Assembly: GCA_964583965.1 (NCBI GenBank)
Contig: CAZOYI010000091.1
Coordinates: forward strand, 1 to 59,101
Source of the DNA: an uncultured Caldisericota bacterium
GTDB lineage: Bacteria; Caldisericota; Caldisericia; UBA6126
Direction of reading: 5' to 3'
Length of the DNA: 59,101 bases
Positions 18,015 through 26,998 of this stretch are shown piece by piece (position 1 is the stretch's first letter; every line of letters begins with the position of its first letter). The notes beneath the pieces are model-generated. The model was not told the DNA's origin and did not search any database. It saw only the letters and a list, made by a program, of their open reading frames with translations. A program made the position numbers and the translations under genes.

Positions 18015-20981
18015 TTACAGAAATGAAAAATAGGAAGAATTTTTCTTCTTTTCTACAAAAAGATGTTGATGGAATGAATTTTTGAAATCCTCCTGGTGAG
18101 TAATAAATATCATTTTTTGGAATTGTTTTTGGATTTTTAATATTGTGTACATAACTTGATTTTTGCTGGATGCATCAAGAGTTCCTAGGTCCTGATCAAT
18201 ACATAAAAAGTCAGTTTTTAGCGATTGATTCTTGTGCAAAATATACGAAAGAGCGAGACGAAATGCTATATGTAATGAAAACTGTTCACCTTGACTTAAA
18301 AAAGGGAAGTCAACGGCATTTCCAAAATGATAAATTGCGACTCGAATTCCTTTTTCTGCATCAGATTTGGCATCAAGGTGAATCTGTATGGAAAGCGAAT
18401 CTTTAGATATATTGCGTAGAATTCGATTCACATCTCTTTCTATGAGAGGTAATATGCGATAAAGAATGTATGCTGGAAGGTTTTCTTGAGAAAATATTTG
18501 TTGGCAAAATGTAACTATTTCGGTTTGTTTTCGAAGTTCCGTTAATTCTCTTAGTGATTTGTCATATTCTTTTTGAACTTCATACATTACTTCCATGTCT
18601 CTTTCATGCCTAGCAATAGAAGAGATGATGGTTTCTTTATCATATTGATACTTATCCATGGATTCTTCAAGTTGATTTAATCGCCCTTCTGCTTCTTCTA
18701 GATCATGTTTTTGATAAGGTATATCTTTAATTTTTTCAATTTGTTCCTTAAGATCGATTTCAAGTTTTTCTAGTTTTTGTTCAACATCGTTTAACTGGTT
18801 TAATATTCGATTTTTCTCATCCAGTTTTTCATCCATTATCCTTTTTTCTGATTCAAAATACTTAAGTTGATTAATTTTATTCTTAATTGTTTCGTGTTCG
18901 GGAGCACTATAGTGGATCGCAAAAAATTTCTTTTTCACATCATTTATTTTCTTCCATTGATCTGTCGCATAATTTTTTGTTTCAATCCTACGTTTAATAT
19001 CAATGAGTTGTTTTGTAATTAGAGGTAACTTTTGATCTGCCTCTAGTGCACTTGATATTTGCAGTTGAAGGTCGCTTAAAGCACTTTCGAGTATGGATTG
19101 ACTAGAAACGGCATACATAGCTTCTACATAGTGTTTATCGATCGTTTTAAATCGGCTTTTTAAATTTGTAATCTTATATAAAGTTTTGTTCATTTCTTCT
19201 TCGATTTTGGATTCCTGTAATTTTGCTCGATAGTGATTTTCTGTTATTTTTCCTAGATTGGATTTGTAATCTTGGATACGCAAATAAAACGCTTGTAGTT
19301 CTTCTTCCTGGTCAAAATCTGATGAGAGAACGAGTATTTCACTTTTCAGTGTTTCAATTTTATTGGTAATGCGTTGGATAGTGTTTTTGTTCTTTTCAAG
19401 AGTAGTTTCTCTCATTTCAAGATCTCTACGGTAGTTCAGTAAAATATCTGCTTCTTTGTCTTTGTTGAGTGGTGTACCGCATAATGGACACCTATTTTCA
19501 GTGCTTTTAGGAAGTTCAAGAAAGTGAATTTTTTCACGTAGACGAACTGCCATTTCGTCGAATTTTTCATTTTGAGTCAGGAGATTTTGTTTTTTGTTTT
19601 GTTCAATTTCAATGTTGTTTTGGAGTAACTTTACTTTTTCTTTATTCTCGTGAATTGTCTGAAGTTTTTTCTTTGTCAGGGTTTCCTTTTGCATTACCTG
19701 TTTATATTCAGAAATTTGCTTTGCGATTGTATTGCAGGTCTCAAGAAAACTTATTTTTTCTTGTTTTAATGAACCAATTTTCTCATTTAAACTGTCAACC
19801 TGATCTTGAATATGACGTTTTTCTTGTTCTATGTTATCAATTTGGTAACGCTTTTTTTCCATCTCTTTCAATTTGGATTGTATTTCATGCATTTTGAGAT
19901 TCAGATCGGGCAAGAGGCTTTTTTTCTCAGAATACTCAATTTCCGTTTGCTCAAGTTCATTGCGCTTTGTTTTTAAATCCATCTCTTCTTGTTCAATGTT
20001 ATTTTGAATTTCCTTCATTTGGAGTTCTAATCTCTGTCTTTGTTCAAGATTTTCATTAAACACTTTGTTTCTTTGTATAAGATCAAGCAATTGCTTGTAG
20101 CCATTTTCAATTTCATGCTGTAGTTGAATTGATTGCTGGAGTTCATTGATTGTTTCAAGTAACGTGCTTCTTTCTTTGTGACGGTCGTTTTGATAGTTAC
20201 GTAATTGATGGATTTGATCCATCAGATTCGATTTGCGTTCCAAAAGATGATGGATCGTATGGATTTGATTTTTTAATTCTTGAATTGCTTCTTTGGAGTC
20301 ATTGATATGTTCTTCTAGCTTCTCTCTTTGGCTGATTTCTTCATCAATTCTTTTTTGAAAAACTTTCTTCTGAATAAGTTTATCTTTATTTTTTTGAATA
20401 AAATTTTCCAAAAGGCTCTCTCTAATTTTGTTTTGTGTAAAATCAACCTGAGTTTTTCGAAAAGATTCCTGATATGCTTCCAGTCTCAGAAAACGTGATA
20501 GTCTTTGATATCGTTCGCTTGGAGAATTTTCTAAAAACTCTTTATGGTTAGAAAAAGAAGAGCTCATCAAAGTCGTCATGAGGAGATTCTCAAGACTTAC
20601 ATTCACAAAAGAATGAACAAAGTTTTGATTTTCTTCATCTGTTGGTTTTGTTATTGTTTTCCAATAGGACTTTTTTCTTTCTTTTATCTCTATAGAAGGA
20701 CTCGGAGAGATATTTCGTTTCACCTTCCATATCGAATTTTCGTGCTGGAAAGTACATTCAGTAAATGAATCATGTTCTCCAAAGTGTACAAGAGAAGTGT
20801 CTGCATGATTTTGGGGATTTCTGGCAAAACCAAAAAGTGTAAATAACATTGCATCGAGGATGCTGCTTTTTCCTGCCCCGTTATTTCCGGTTATCATGGT
20901 ACTTCTGGCATTTGAAAGGTCGAGATGATGTGTTCCCTGATAAGATAAAAAATTATGGAGTGTGATTTCAATTGGAATCAT
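18015..20981 (-). CDS. SbcC/Rad50-like SMC-type ATPase with degenerate hydrolysis motifs
   Basis: 988 aa. Walker A ITGNNGAGKSSILDA. An approximately 700-aa Lys/Glu/Gln-rich coiled coil with a central zinc hook (NRCPLCGTPL). C-terminal head: signature LSQGE (canonical LSGGE), Walker B FLCIDQDLGTLD (canonical hhhhDEGFGTLD, so Glu is replaced by Gln; codon at 18192-18194), and H-loop IFITHQ. Confidence 0.85.
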   Translation of the reverse strand: MIPIEITLHNFLSYQGTHHLDLSNARSTMITGNNGAGKSSILDAMLFTLFGFARNPQNHADTSLVHFGEHDSFTECTFQHENSIWKVKRNISPSPSIEIKERKKSYWKTITKPTDEENQNFVHSFVNVSLENLLMTTLMSSSFSNHKEFLENSPSERYQRLSRFLRLEAYQESFRKTQVDFTQNKIRESLLENFIQKNKDKLIQKKVFQKRIDEEISQREKLEEHINDSKEAIQELKNQIHTIHHLLERKSNLMDQIHQLRNYQNDRHKERSTLLETINELQQSIQLQHEIENGYKQLLDLIQRNKVFNENLEQRQRLELQMKEIQNNIEQEEMDLKTKRNELEQTEIEYSEKKSLLPDLNLKMHEIQSKLKEMEKKRYQIDNIEQEKRHIQDQVDSLNEKIGSLKQEKISFLETCNTIAKQISEYKQVMQKETLTKKKLQTIHENKEKVKLLQNNIEIEQNKKQNLLTQNEKFDEMAVRLREKIHFLELPKSTENRCPLCGTPLNKDKEADILLNYRRDLEMRETTLEKNKNTIQRITNKIETLKSEILVLSSDFDQEEELQAFYLRIQDYKSNLGKITENHYRAKLQESKIEEEMNKTLYKITNLKSRFKTIDKHYVEAMYAVSSQSILESALSDLQLQISSALEADQKLPLITKQLIDIKRRIETKNYATDQWKKINDVKKKFFAIHYSAPEHETIKNKINQLKYFESEKRIMDEKLDEKNRILNQLNDVEQKLEKLEIDLKEQIEKIKDIPYQKHDLEEAEGRLNQLEESMDKYQYDKETIISSIARHERDMEVMYEVQKEYDKSLRELTELRKQTEIVTFCQQIFSQENLPAYILYRILPLIERDVNRILRNISKDSLSIQIHLDAKSDAEKGIRVAIYHFGNAVDFPFLSQGEQFSLHIAFRLALSYILHKNQSLKTDFLCIDQDLGTLDASSKNQVMYTILKIQKQFQKMIFITHQEDFKNSFHQHLFVEKKKNSSYFSFL

Positions 20982-22137
20982 GCAAACCTTCTTCAGAGAG
21001 ATATCTTAAGTAAGCTTTACGAATGTCAATTTGAAGTTCATTTGGAAACTTAGATTGTTTTTCATCAAAGAATGCATTCATATAGTAATCAAGAGGTAGT
21101 ATTTCTTCGTCTCCTACATAACAAAGTTTTTTACCTTGTTGCTCAATGCTATGTATATGGTAACAGTGATCTTCAAAAAGATGATAAATCTCGTAAAGCG
21201 AGAGTTTGGCGTCAGTATGGAGTAGTATTCTAGTAATGTGTTCTCGGTAATTATTGAGTAAGAATTCTTCATTTAGCTTTTCAATTGTTTCTTTTTCGGA
21301 ATTAGCATTGATACGAATTAATGCGGTTTTTCTTTGCTTTTCATTGTGTATAAAAACAGGAGGTGCAGACGTCTGTAAAGTGTCATATATCATAAAACCA
21401 CGTTCAATGGAAGAATCCGAAAATTCAAACTCTCCTAATGAACCTGGATATGACAACCAAGGGCCAGCGTTGTTTAACTGTTCAATTCTCTTATATGGTT
21501 GTCCTCCCAATGCGTAGAACTGAAAAGGAAGCTGATGAAGGTATTCTAAATCAAGAATTGGTAAATCAGGTAAGAGGAAGAAGGGCTCAAGGGATGGTAT
21601 TTGTGCTTGCATGAATAGAATTGGAAATTGTTCATTTTGAATTTTAGGAATCAGCTTAGCAATATGTTTTTTAGCTGATTCTGACAGTGATGTGGGATTT
21701 TCAGCTGTAGAGTGAAAGGTATTGTATGGGATTGCAGCAATTTGGAGGATTTCTTGTTCTTTTCGGATGGGAATGCAATCATTCTTGAGAATAATATGAA
21801 GATAATCATTAGAAAGAGACTGTAAGATTTGCAAAAAAGAATATCCTTGACAGTCTTGATCGTATTTGCCCTCTAGAACAACAACATGGATTTTCGAATG
21901 AATACAATCTCGGATTCCATCCATAATTATAGATTGAAGATAATCATTGGGAAGAGATGAAAAGAAAAAGTTTCCAGAAAACAAAATAATATCGATGAAG
22001 TTGTTTTTTGCATATTGAGTAACATATGTCCAATATCTAGCATAATCATGAATTTGTGAAAAATGATACAACGAAGATTCATTTTTGCCCATGTTCTGAA
22101 TTCCAAGAAAAAAATCTCCTGACTGTAAAATCTTCAT
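20968..22137 (-). CDS. SbcD/Mre11-like protein lacking the metallophosphoesterase metal ligands (intact ORF, predicted non-nuclease)
   Basis: 389 aa, collinear with SbcD. MKILQSGDFFLG vs MRILHTSDWHLG. IILFSGNFFF vs IIVAGDVFD. VVVLEGKYD vs VVLAGNHD. FYALGGQPY vs YIALGHIH. The start forms an ATGA overlap with the minE stop, and the 3' end overlaps the sbcC-like start by 14 nt. Confidence 0.75.
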   Translation of the reverse strand: MKILQSGDFFLGIQNMGKNESSLYHFSQIHDYARYWTYVTQYAKNNFIDIILFSGNFFFSSLPNDYLQSIIMDGIRDCIHSKIHVVVLEGKYDQDCQGYSFLQILQSLSNDYLHIILKNDCIPIRKEQEILQIAAIPYNTFHSTAENPTSLSESAKKHIAKLIPKIQNEQFPILFMQAQIPSLEPFFLLPDLPILDLEYLHQLPFQFYALGGQPYKRIEQLNNAGPWLSYPGSLGEFEFSDSSIERGFMIYDTLQTSAPPVFIHNEKQRKTALIRINANSEKETIEKLNEEFLLNNYREHITRILLHTDAKLSLYEIYHLFEDHCYHIHSIEQQGKKLCYVGDEEILPLDYYMNAFFDEKQSKFPNELQIDIRKAYLRYLSEEGLHDSN

Positions 22138-22367
22138 TGATCTTTTTCTAATTCACTTCTTTTAATAGGCATATCAGCAGTTAACTCGTAAGCAGTTTGG
22201 TAATGAGTACGAGTTATTCGAATATGAAGCTTTCTTTTATCAATGGGAAAATACTGACTTAATATAGCTGCTAATTTTTTCCGTAGGTCACGTTCACTTT
22301 TTGGAGAAAGAACTTTACGATCTTCATCCAAAATACGCTTTAAGCGATCTGTTAATTTTGAAGCCAT
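22134..22367 (-). CDS. minE: Cell-division topological specificity factor MinE
   Basis: 77 aa, directly after minD. The pattern LKRIL..DR...SP......LRKKLAAILSQYFPIDKRKLHIRITRT ... LTADMPIK matches clostridial-type MinE. Confidence 0.8.
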   Translation of the reverse strand: MASKLTDRLKRILDEDRKVLSPKSERDLRKKLAAILSQYFPIDKRKLHIRITRTHYQTAYELTADMPIKRSELEKDQ

Positions 22368-22376
22368 ACTATCTCC

Positions 22377-23174
22377 TTATGAAGCATTGTTTTTCATTTT
22401 CTCCCAAATAGATTTTGAAGCAGGGACTTTGTTGTGTATGGGTTTCTTTTTGTCGATAAGTTTTTCAGCGACGAGTTTAATATCGTTGGTAATCGTGAAA
22501 CTACTTTGATAAACAAAAGGTACGCCTGAATTATTTTGACGTAAAACACGTTCATCTTCTGAAATAACGCCTATACAGGGAACATTCAATAGGCTAATAA
22601 TATCTGGGGAAGTTATATAGTAGCTACGGCGACTTAACTCTTTACGGTATCGATTAATGAGGAGAAAAATTTCTTTCTTAATTCGATGGTTTTCAAGTAA
22701 AGCCAACACTCTATCAGCATCACGGATGGATGATATCTCGGGGTTTACGACAACAATTGCTTTTTTTGCAAAAAAGATAGATTTGTTGAAGCCTTCTTCA
22801 ATTCCTGCAGGTGAATCTATTATAATGTAATCAAACAGGGTTTCTAAATCCGTAAGTACTTGATGGAATTTAAAAAGGTTAACATCCTTCTTTAGGTCAC
22901 TTTGTGAAGCTGCAATAAGGGCTAGATAACTATGTGTCCTTTTGTCATATACCAATGCTTCTTCTAGCGAACATAAGCCTTTCGTCAGATCAACAATATT
23001 GGACTTTACTTTTCGTTCAAGTCCAATGATCATGTCTAAATTGCGTAAACCGATATCCATATCAATTACAACAACACTTCTTTTTTGAAGCGCGATACTG
23101 GTACCTATATTAGCAACCAAAGTTGACTTACCTACACCCCCTTTACCGGAGGTGAAAACAATAATTTGTGCCAT
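22377..23174 (-). CDS. minD: Septum site-determining ATPase MinD
   Basis: Deviant Walker A TSGKGGVGKSTLVAN. DMDIGLRNLD switch. IIIDSPAGIE. 265 aa, located between minC and minE. Confidence 0.93.
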   Translation of the reverse strand: MAQIIVFTSGKGGVGKSTLVANIGTSIALQKRSVVVIDMDIGLRNLDMIIGLERKVKSNIVDLTKGLCSLEEALVYDKRTHSYLALIAASQSDLKKDVNLFKFHQVLTDLETLFDYIIIDSPAGIEEGFNKSIFFAKKAIVVVNPEISSIRDADRVLALLENHRIKKEIFLLINRYRKELSRRSYYITSPDIISLLNVPCIGVISEDERVLRQNNSGVPFVYQSSFTITNDIKLVAEKLIDKKKPIHNKVPASKSIWEKMKNNAS

Positions 23175-23175
23175 A

Positions 23176-23898
23176 CTAATTCTGTGTCATTTTAATTGTA
23201 CTCACTTCTCCCTCATTATAATATATATAAACTGGTATGGAAACTTCTTTTAGTGAAGAGATTGAGTTATCTAGAGTTTTATTCGCAACGTAAACACGCA
23301 TTGCCTTCATTTCTTGGCATGCAAGAAGAGCTTGCTTACATTCTGGTTTTTTTGCAAAACCAACCTCTCCCTTGATAGAACCAAAAACATACAGTGATTT
23401 TCCTGCAAAAACTTTGGCTCCAGAATGTACATCCCCGAAAACCACAATATTTCCTGGGGATTGTACAACTACACCAGCTCTAACAGTCTTCCCGATCACA
23501 AGAAATTCATTAAAATCAAATGATTCTTCAGAAGAAGAAGGCGAAGATTCCGTTATATTCTTAAGATTTGAGGGAGATGTTGCTACGTAAACAGATGTCT
23601 GATCGATAGATTCTGATGGAGTTTCTCGATAGGTAAAAACCTGTTTGTTCATGAGGTAATGGAACATTGTGCGTACCATTCCGCCTTCATCGTCTGTTAA
23701 TTCTCTGTCAAAACCTGTTGCATATAAATCAACACTGGAACCAAAAAAATCCTGTTTCTTTTTATATATAGAAGCAGCTTTGCGGATGACTCGATCAAAT
23801 TCAAAGTCTTTTAGCATCAAGGACATAAGGATTCCTCCCGAGAATCCTTTAAAACTTACCACTGAGTCTGGTGTTCTTTTTGAGGGCAATTGTTTCAC
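23176..23898 (-). CDS. minC: Septum site-determining protein MinC
   Basis: 240 aa. C-terminal beta-helix repeats (VRAGVVVQSPGNIVVFGDVHSGAKVFAGKSLYVFGSIKGEV). A Ser-rich linker. GGAGGTG RBS. Located upstream of minD. Confidence 0.85.
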   Translation of the reverse strand: MKQLPSKRTPDSVVSFKGFSGGILMSLMLKDFEFDRVIRKAASIYKKKQDFFGSSVDLYATGFDRELTDDEGGMVRTMFHYLMNKQVFTYRETPSESIDQTSVYVATSPSNLKNITESSPSSSEESFDFNEFLVIGKTVRAGVVVQSPGNIVVFGDVHSGAKVFAGKSLYVFGSIKGEVGFAKKPECKQALLACQEMKAMRVYVANKTLDNSISSLKEVSIPVYIYYNEGEVSTIKMTQN

Positions 23899-23904
23899 CT
23901 CCGC

Positions 23905-25704
23905 TTAGTAAAGTTCATCATAGTATAGTATAAAATCTTTCAAGTAAGGTGCTAGTTCACTAGCATATTCAAATGAAGAATTTTCAAACATAAGGAAAGC
24001 GACACTTGACGGTTTTTCGTAAGGAAACATTGCACCCATCCATAAGTGTTGCTGTGTTTCTCTTTGACCTTCTACAAGAGCAGTACCTGTTTTTGCGGCA
24101 ATTTGGATAGATGGGATATAAAGTCCAGTTGCTGTCCCTGGGTAAATTGTTGTTTTGAAAAGTCCTTCCAAAACAACCTTATAGTATTCTTCAGAAATGT
24201 CAAAGGTTGTGGATTGATTTTTAGCCTGGGAGTGAAGATCTGCAAAAGTCTTTTCGGTAGATGTTTTTTTAAGGAGATGTGGAGTAATATGTGAATCATG
24301 AGTAGCGATAATGCCATATAATTTTGTCATCTGAAGTGGTGTAACAGAAAGAAAACCTTGTCCAATTCCTAGATTCATGGAATCGCCACGATACCAAGAA
24401 ACTCCTTTAAATTTTTCTTTCCACTCTGGGGTACCAAGAAAACCACTTTCTTCATAAGTTAGATCAATACCTGTTTTACGTGAAATACCACCATATTCTA
24501 CAGCAAAATCTACAAAACCATCAATATTGAATCGGTCTGCTAATTTATAAAAAAATACATCGCATGATACTTGAATGGCTTCAATAAGCTTAATGTAGCC
24601 ATGAGAAGAAGGATATACCCAGCACCGATATTTATCTTTTTGTCCTGGAATATTCAATGCCCCTTCACAAAGAATACTTTCTTGTGTAGTTACCAAGGAT
24701 TCCGTTAATCCATAAAGTGCTATGAGTGGTTTAAATGTAGAACCTGGTGGATACTGACCCATGGAAGCAATATTGAAGAAAGAACGATTTTCAATCCATT
24801 GATTCCATTTTTCCACAGGTCTTGGTCCTGAGAAAAAATTTGGATCAAAACCGGGATTAGAAACAAATGTAAGAATTTCTCCTGATGGAATATCCATGAG
24901 AAGCAAACATCCACGATGGTCTGATATGATTTCTTCTGCTTTTTTTTGCAACCGAATATCAATGGTGAGATAAACATCATCCCCCTTGATAACTTCTTTT
25001 TCTATGGTTTCTTCTTGAATAGACCCAAATACATTGATGGTTTGGTGTACTATACCCGGATAACCATGGAGAATGTCTTCATAATATCTTTCTACACCAG
25101 TTTGACCTATTCGTTCATTTGGTTTAAAACGAACTAAAGTGGGATTCTGCAGATCTTCTTTTGTAAGCATTCCAGTGTACCCCAAGACATGACATAATGA
25201 AGAATTATGTGGATAGTATCGCTTAAATCCCTCCTTCATAAAGATCCCTTTAAATTTATATTTATTTTCTTCTACACGCGTTTTTTCTTCGTAGGATAAA
25301 TTTTCTTTCAAAAGGACTTCTGAGTAAGAGTATTGATCTTTAATAGTATTCACTGTTGTTTCTTGTGGTAAACCAATATACTGTTCTAAAAGAGATGCCA
25401 TATGCTTTATATCAGGTATCTCATTTGGGGATGCATATAAATGAAAAGTAGGAACATCTTTGGCTACTACTATTCCATTTCTATCGTATATATTTCCTCT
25501 TGGGCTTTCTTGGGTAAGGGTTCTAGTATAGTTGTTAATAGCCATATTTTTAAATTCTTCCTGGTGAAAAGCCTGCATGTTGAATATACGAACAATTAGA
25601 AAGATTAAACTTACCAAGATTAGAAATGAAAACAAGATCATTTTAAAAGGGTGAATATCTTTGTGAATTAGAACTTGTAGAGTATTATGAGAACGGAATC
25701 TCAT
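23905..25704 (-). CDS. mrdA: Penicillin-binding protein 2 (elongasome class-B transpeptidase)
   Basis: N-terminal anchor and PBP dimerisation domain. Transpeptidase motifs GSTFKP (SxxK), VSCD (SxD as in PBP2) and KTGTA. It immediately follows mreD. Confidence 0.88.
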   Translation of the reverse strand: MRFRSHNTLQVLIHKDIHPFKMILFSFLILVSLIFLIVRIFNMQAFHQEEFKNMAINNYTRTLTQESPRGNIYDRNGIVVAKDVPTFHLYASPNEIPDIKHMASLLEQYIGLPQETTVNTIKDQYSYSEVLLKENLSYEEKTRVEENKYKFKGIFMKEGFKRYYPHNSSLCHVLGYTGMLTKEDLQNPTLVRFKPNERIGQTGVERYYEDILHGYPGIVHQTINVFGSIQEETIEKEVIKGDDVYLTIDIRLQKKAEEIISDHRGCLLLMDIPSGEILTFVSNPGFDPNFFSGPRPVEKWNQWIENRSFFNIASMGQYPPGSTFKPLIALYGLTESLVTTQESILCEGALNIPGQKDKYRCWVYPSSHGYIKLIEAIQVSCDVFFYKLADRFNIDGFVDFAVEYGGISRKTGIDLTYEESGFLGTPEWKEKFKGVSWYRGDSMNLGIGQGFLSVTPLQMTKLYGIIATHDSHITPHLLKKTSTEKTFADLHSQAKNQSTTFDISEEYYKVVLEGLFKTTIYPGTATGLYIPSIQIAAKTGTALVEGQRETQQHLWMGAMFPYEKPSSVAFLMFENSSFEYASELAPYLKDFILYYDELY

Positions 25705-26177
25705 GATAGAATTCTTCTTTTTTCATACTGAGTAAGGATTCTTCTTTTTAAATAGAGCAATATGGGATAAGGGATCATAAGCACAACGAGAATTTGAATG
25801 ATAAAAGAAGTCCATATCGACAAAGAGACAAACTGTGAAACCAGAAGTAAGTAAATTGGGAAAAGAAAAACAATTTCTGTTTGAAACAAGACAAGTGAAG
25901 AGATTTGAAAAACTTTCTGAAAAATATAATAAAATAGAACTATACAACTATATGCTAGAAATATTGGCAGTATTAGGTTGTGTGGGAGAAAACTAAATTT
26001 TAAAAGTAGCAAAGGAATGGACAACACAAAAAAGGTACTTTCCAAAAGAGACAATCCCCCTAGGAAAACAACAATAGAAATATCAATCCAATATTGAGAT
26101 GGAAAAAGAGAGGGGAAAAAAAATAAATCGAGAAACACTGCCCCAAGCTGGAGGATAAAAAAAATAACCCGCGTCAT
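25701..26177 (-). CDS. mreD: Rod shape-determining protein MreD
   Basis: 158-aa polytopic membrane protein. It overlaps the mreC stop and the mrdA start by 4 nt each. Canonical position. Confidence 0.72.
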   Translation of the reverse strand: MTRVIFFILQLGAVFLDLFFFPSLFPSQYWIDISIVVFLGGLSLLESTFFVLSIPLLLLKFSFLPHNLILPIFLAYSCIVLFYYIFQKVFQISSLVLFQTEIVFLFPIYLLLVSQFVSLSIWTSFIIQILVVLMIPYPILLYLKRRILTQYEKRRILS

Positions 26178-26995
26178 TGAAATATAAATACTTCAGTTAG
26201 AGTCGAAGTGTTAAATGAGGGTTGAACGATAGCTATTGAATGAATAGATGAAGATGATTCAATTTGATCAATAATACCAAGAACTAGATTGTTGGGTAGA
26301 GAGGAGTAACTACTTACAACGACAACATCACTCTTTTGAAAATCCTGCTCTTGGTAAAACTTGATGAATAATAGACCTCTTTTCTTATCATAGGATAATG
26401 TACCGTTGGCATTGTTACGAAGGTTCCGGATACTTATGGAAGATGATTCGTCATATATAGATAAGACGTCTGACTCCATGATACCGACGCGAGAAATTCT
26501 TCCAATCAATTGAAAATGAACTTTCACTGCTGATGTTGAGATAGGACTTACCACAGCTGCATTTTCGTTTACTCCCAAGTTCGTTCCCGCATTTACAGTA
26601 AAATTCATAGGGTTTGTAGCGTCTCTAATTAAGATGGAGCATGGCAAGAGATTATTGTATTGTTGCTGAATCCTGAAAAAAGATAATAAACGTTTATTCT
26701 CTTCTTCCACTTGCTTTAATACAGCAATTTCACTGCGTAATCTTTCGTTTTCATCTTGTAGGGAAATAGCTTTTTCGTTTAACAACGGGTATTGCCCTAT
26801 ATGCTTGAAGAATCTTTGAATTGAATTTGAACTGTTGGAAAGCACACCGCCTATGGGTGCAAGAACGGACCTTGATAGAGTAATAGTAACTTTGGAGAAA
26901 TTTGATGTCGAGTAAATAGACCAAAAAACAACCACAATTACAGATAGCAGAATGGTGAAGATTAAAAGGGACCAACTTTTTTTTGGAGTAGCCAT
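26174..26995 (-). CDS. mreC: Rod shape-determining protein MreC
   Basis: N-terminal anchor, coiled coil (LQDENERLRSEIAVLKQVEEENKRL), then beta-barrel domains (GRISRVGIMESDV). Starts 3 nt after mreB. Confidence 0.85.
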   Translation of the reverse strand: MATPKKSWSLLIFTILLSVIVVVFWSIYSTSNFSKVTITLSRSVLAPIGGVLSNSSNSIQRFFKHIGQYPLLNEKAISLQDENERLRSEIAVLKQVEEENKRLLSFFRIQQQYNNLLPCSILIRDATNPMNFTVNAGTNLGVNENAAVVSPISTSAVKVHFQLIGRISRVGIMESDVLSIYDESSSISIRNLRNNANGTLSYDKKRGLLFIKFYQEQDFQKSDVVVVSSYSSLPNNLVLGIIDQIESSSSIHSIAIVQPSFNTSTLTEVFIFQ

Positions 26996-26998
26996 GGT

